Assembly: GCA_036172245.1 (NCBI GenBank)
Contig: JAYWIR010000016.1
Coordinates: forward strand, 3,472,001 to 3,536,000
Reading direction: 5' to 3'
DNA from: Raillietiella orientalis
Lineage: Eukaryota
DNA length: 64,000 nucleotides
Every line of letters begins with the position of its first letter. Positions within the stretch are counted from its first letter, which is position 1. The notes below the pieces were generated by a model. It was not told the DNA's origin. It saw only the letters and a program-made list of their open reading frames with translations, and ran no database searches. The translations under genes were made by a program, and so were the position numbers. Below, one piece after another: positions 63,478 through 64,000 of the stretch.

Positions 63478-64000
63478 GTATGTGTAAAGAACTTGATTGC
63501 AGGTAGAAGTATTTTGCGGAGGTTTTTATCGGGTTTGCTGTTTTCTAATACGATTAAGGTTAATTTGAAAAGCGTTTTTCGTAAATCCCTAAATCTCTCG
63601 GTTTTTTATTGGAAAGCAAAAAAGGATTTTTAAGGCGCACGTTTGTGAATAGCATATTCGTAATCAAAGTTTTTTTGCTGTATCTTTCTTTAATACTTTT
63701 GGTTGTACTTGCTTAATCATTTTTTCTGTATTCATTCTAGAAACATAGCCTGATTTTCAGATGGAAATGCTTGTAGTTTTCAGCAGTGGTTCGTTGAAAA
63801 ACAAAATATGGAACATGTAAACAGTTGAGTGGTGATTTAACAATTGTGAAGGTTTTTGATAGCTTCGCAGTGTTAGAATAACAGTTACATTGATGCGTGT
63901 GTTACTGAGCTTTTGGAATTTATAAGATACTACTTTTGATATTTTTCTTGCATTAAATCGAATCGTAAAGCCATAAATTTGCAGTTTGCTCATCATTGCT

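Overview
Eukaryotic (animal, probably arthropod; the taxon is inferred, not shown) genomic window with five recognisable + strand genes: the 3' part of TRAPPC8 (30-6743), AAMP (10239-13258), a ZDHHC1/11-type palmitoyltransferase whose catalytic core has no introns (from 18648), EDC4/Ge-1 (26799-34200) and the 5' part of a CHD6-9/kismet remodeler (52976 to beyond the window end). A decayed Ty3/Gypsy pol fragment lies on the - strand at about 7120-7640. The most striking property is a sharp compositional mosaic. The four housekeeping gene bodies are AT-rich, CpG-poor and full of 42-61 nt introns with weak acceptors. Two large blocks (about 14.3-26.6 kb and 34.4-51.0 kb) are CpG-rich, mostly very GC-rich, and carry many long G/C homopolymers and microsatellites. 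Most long ORFs in these blocks look like GC-driven shadow ORFs, but splice-signal patterns hint at unannotated - strand transcripts. I found no prokaryote-type system, CRISPR array, tRNA or rRNA, and I cannot support a discrete new multi-gene system. The best leads are the mosaic architecture, the splicing signals, the candidate orphan genes, two hairpins and the uORFs at the kismet start. Exon boundaries were derived by hand, and family calls rest on remembered motifs rather than database searches.
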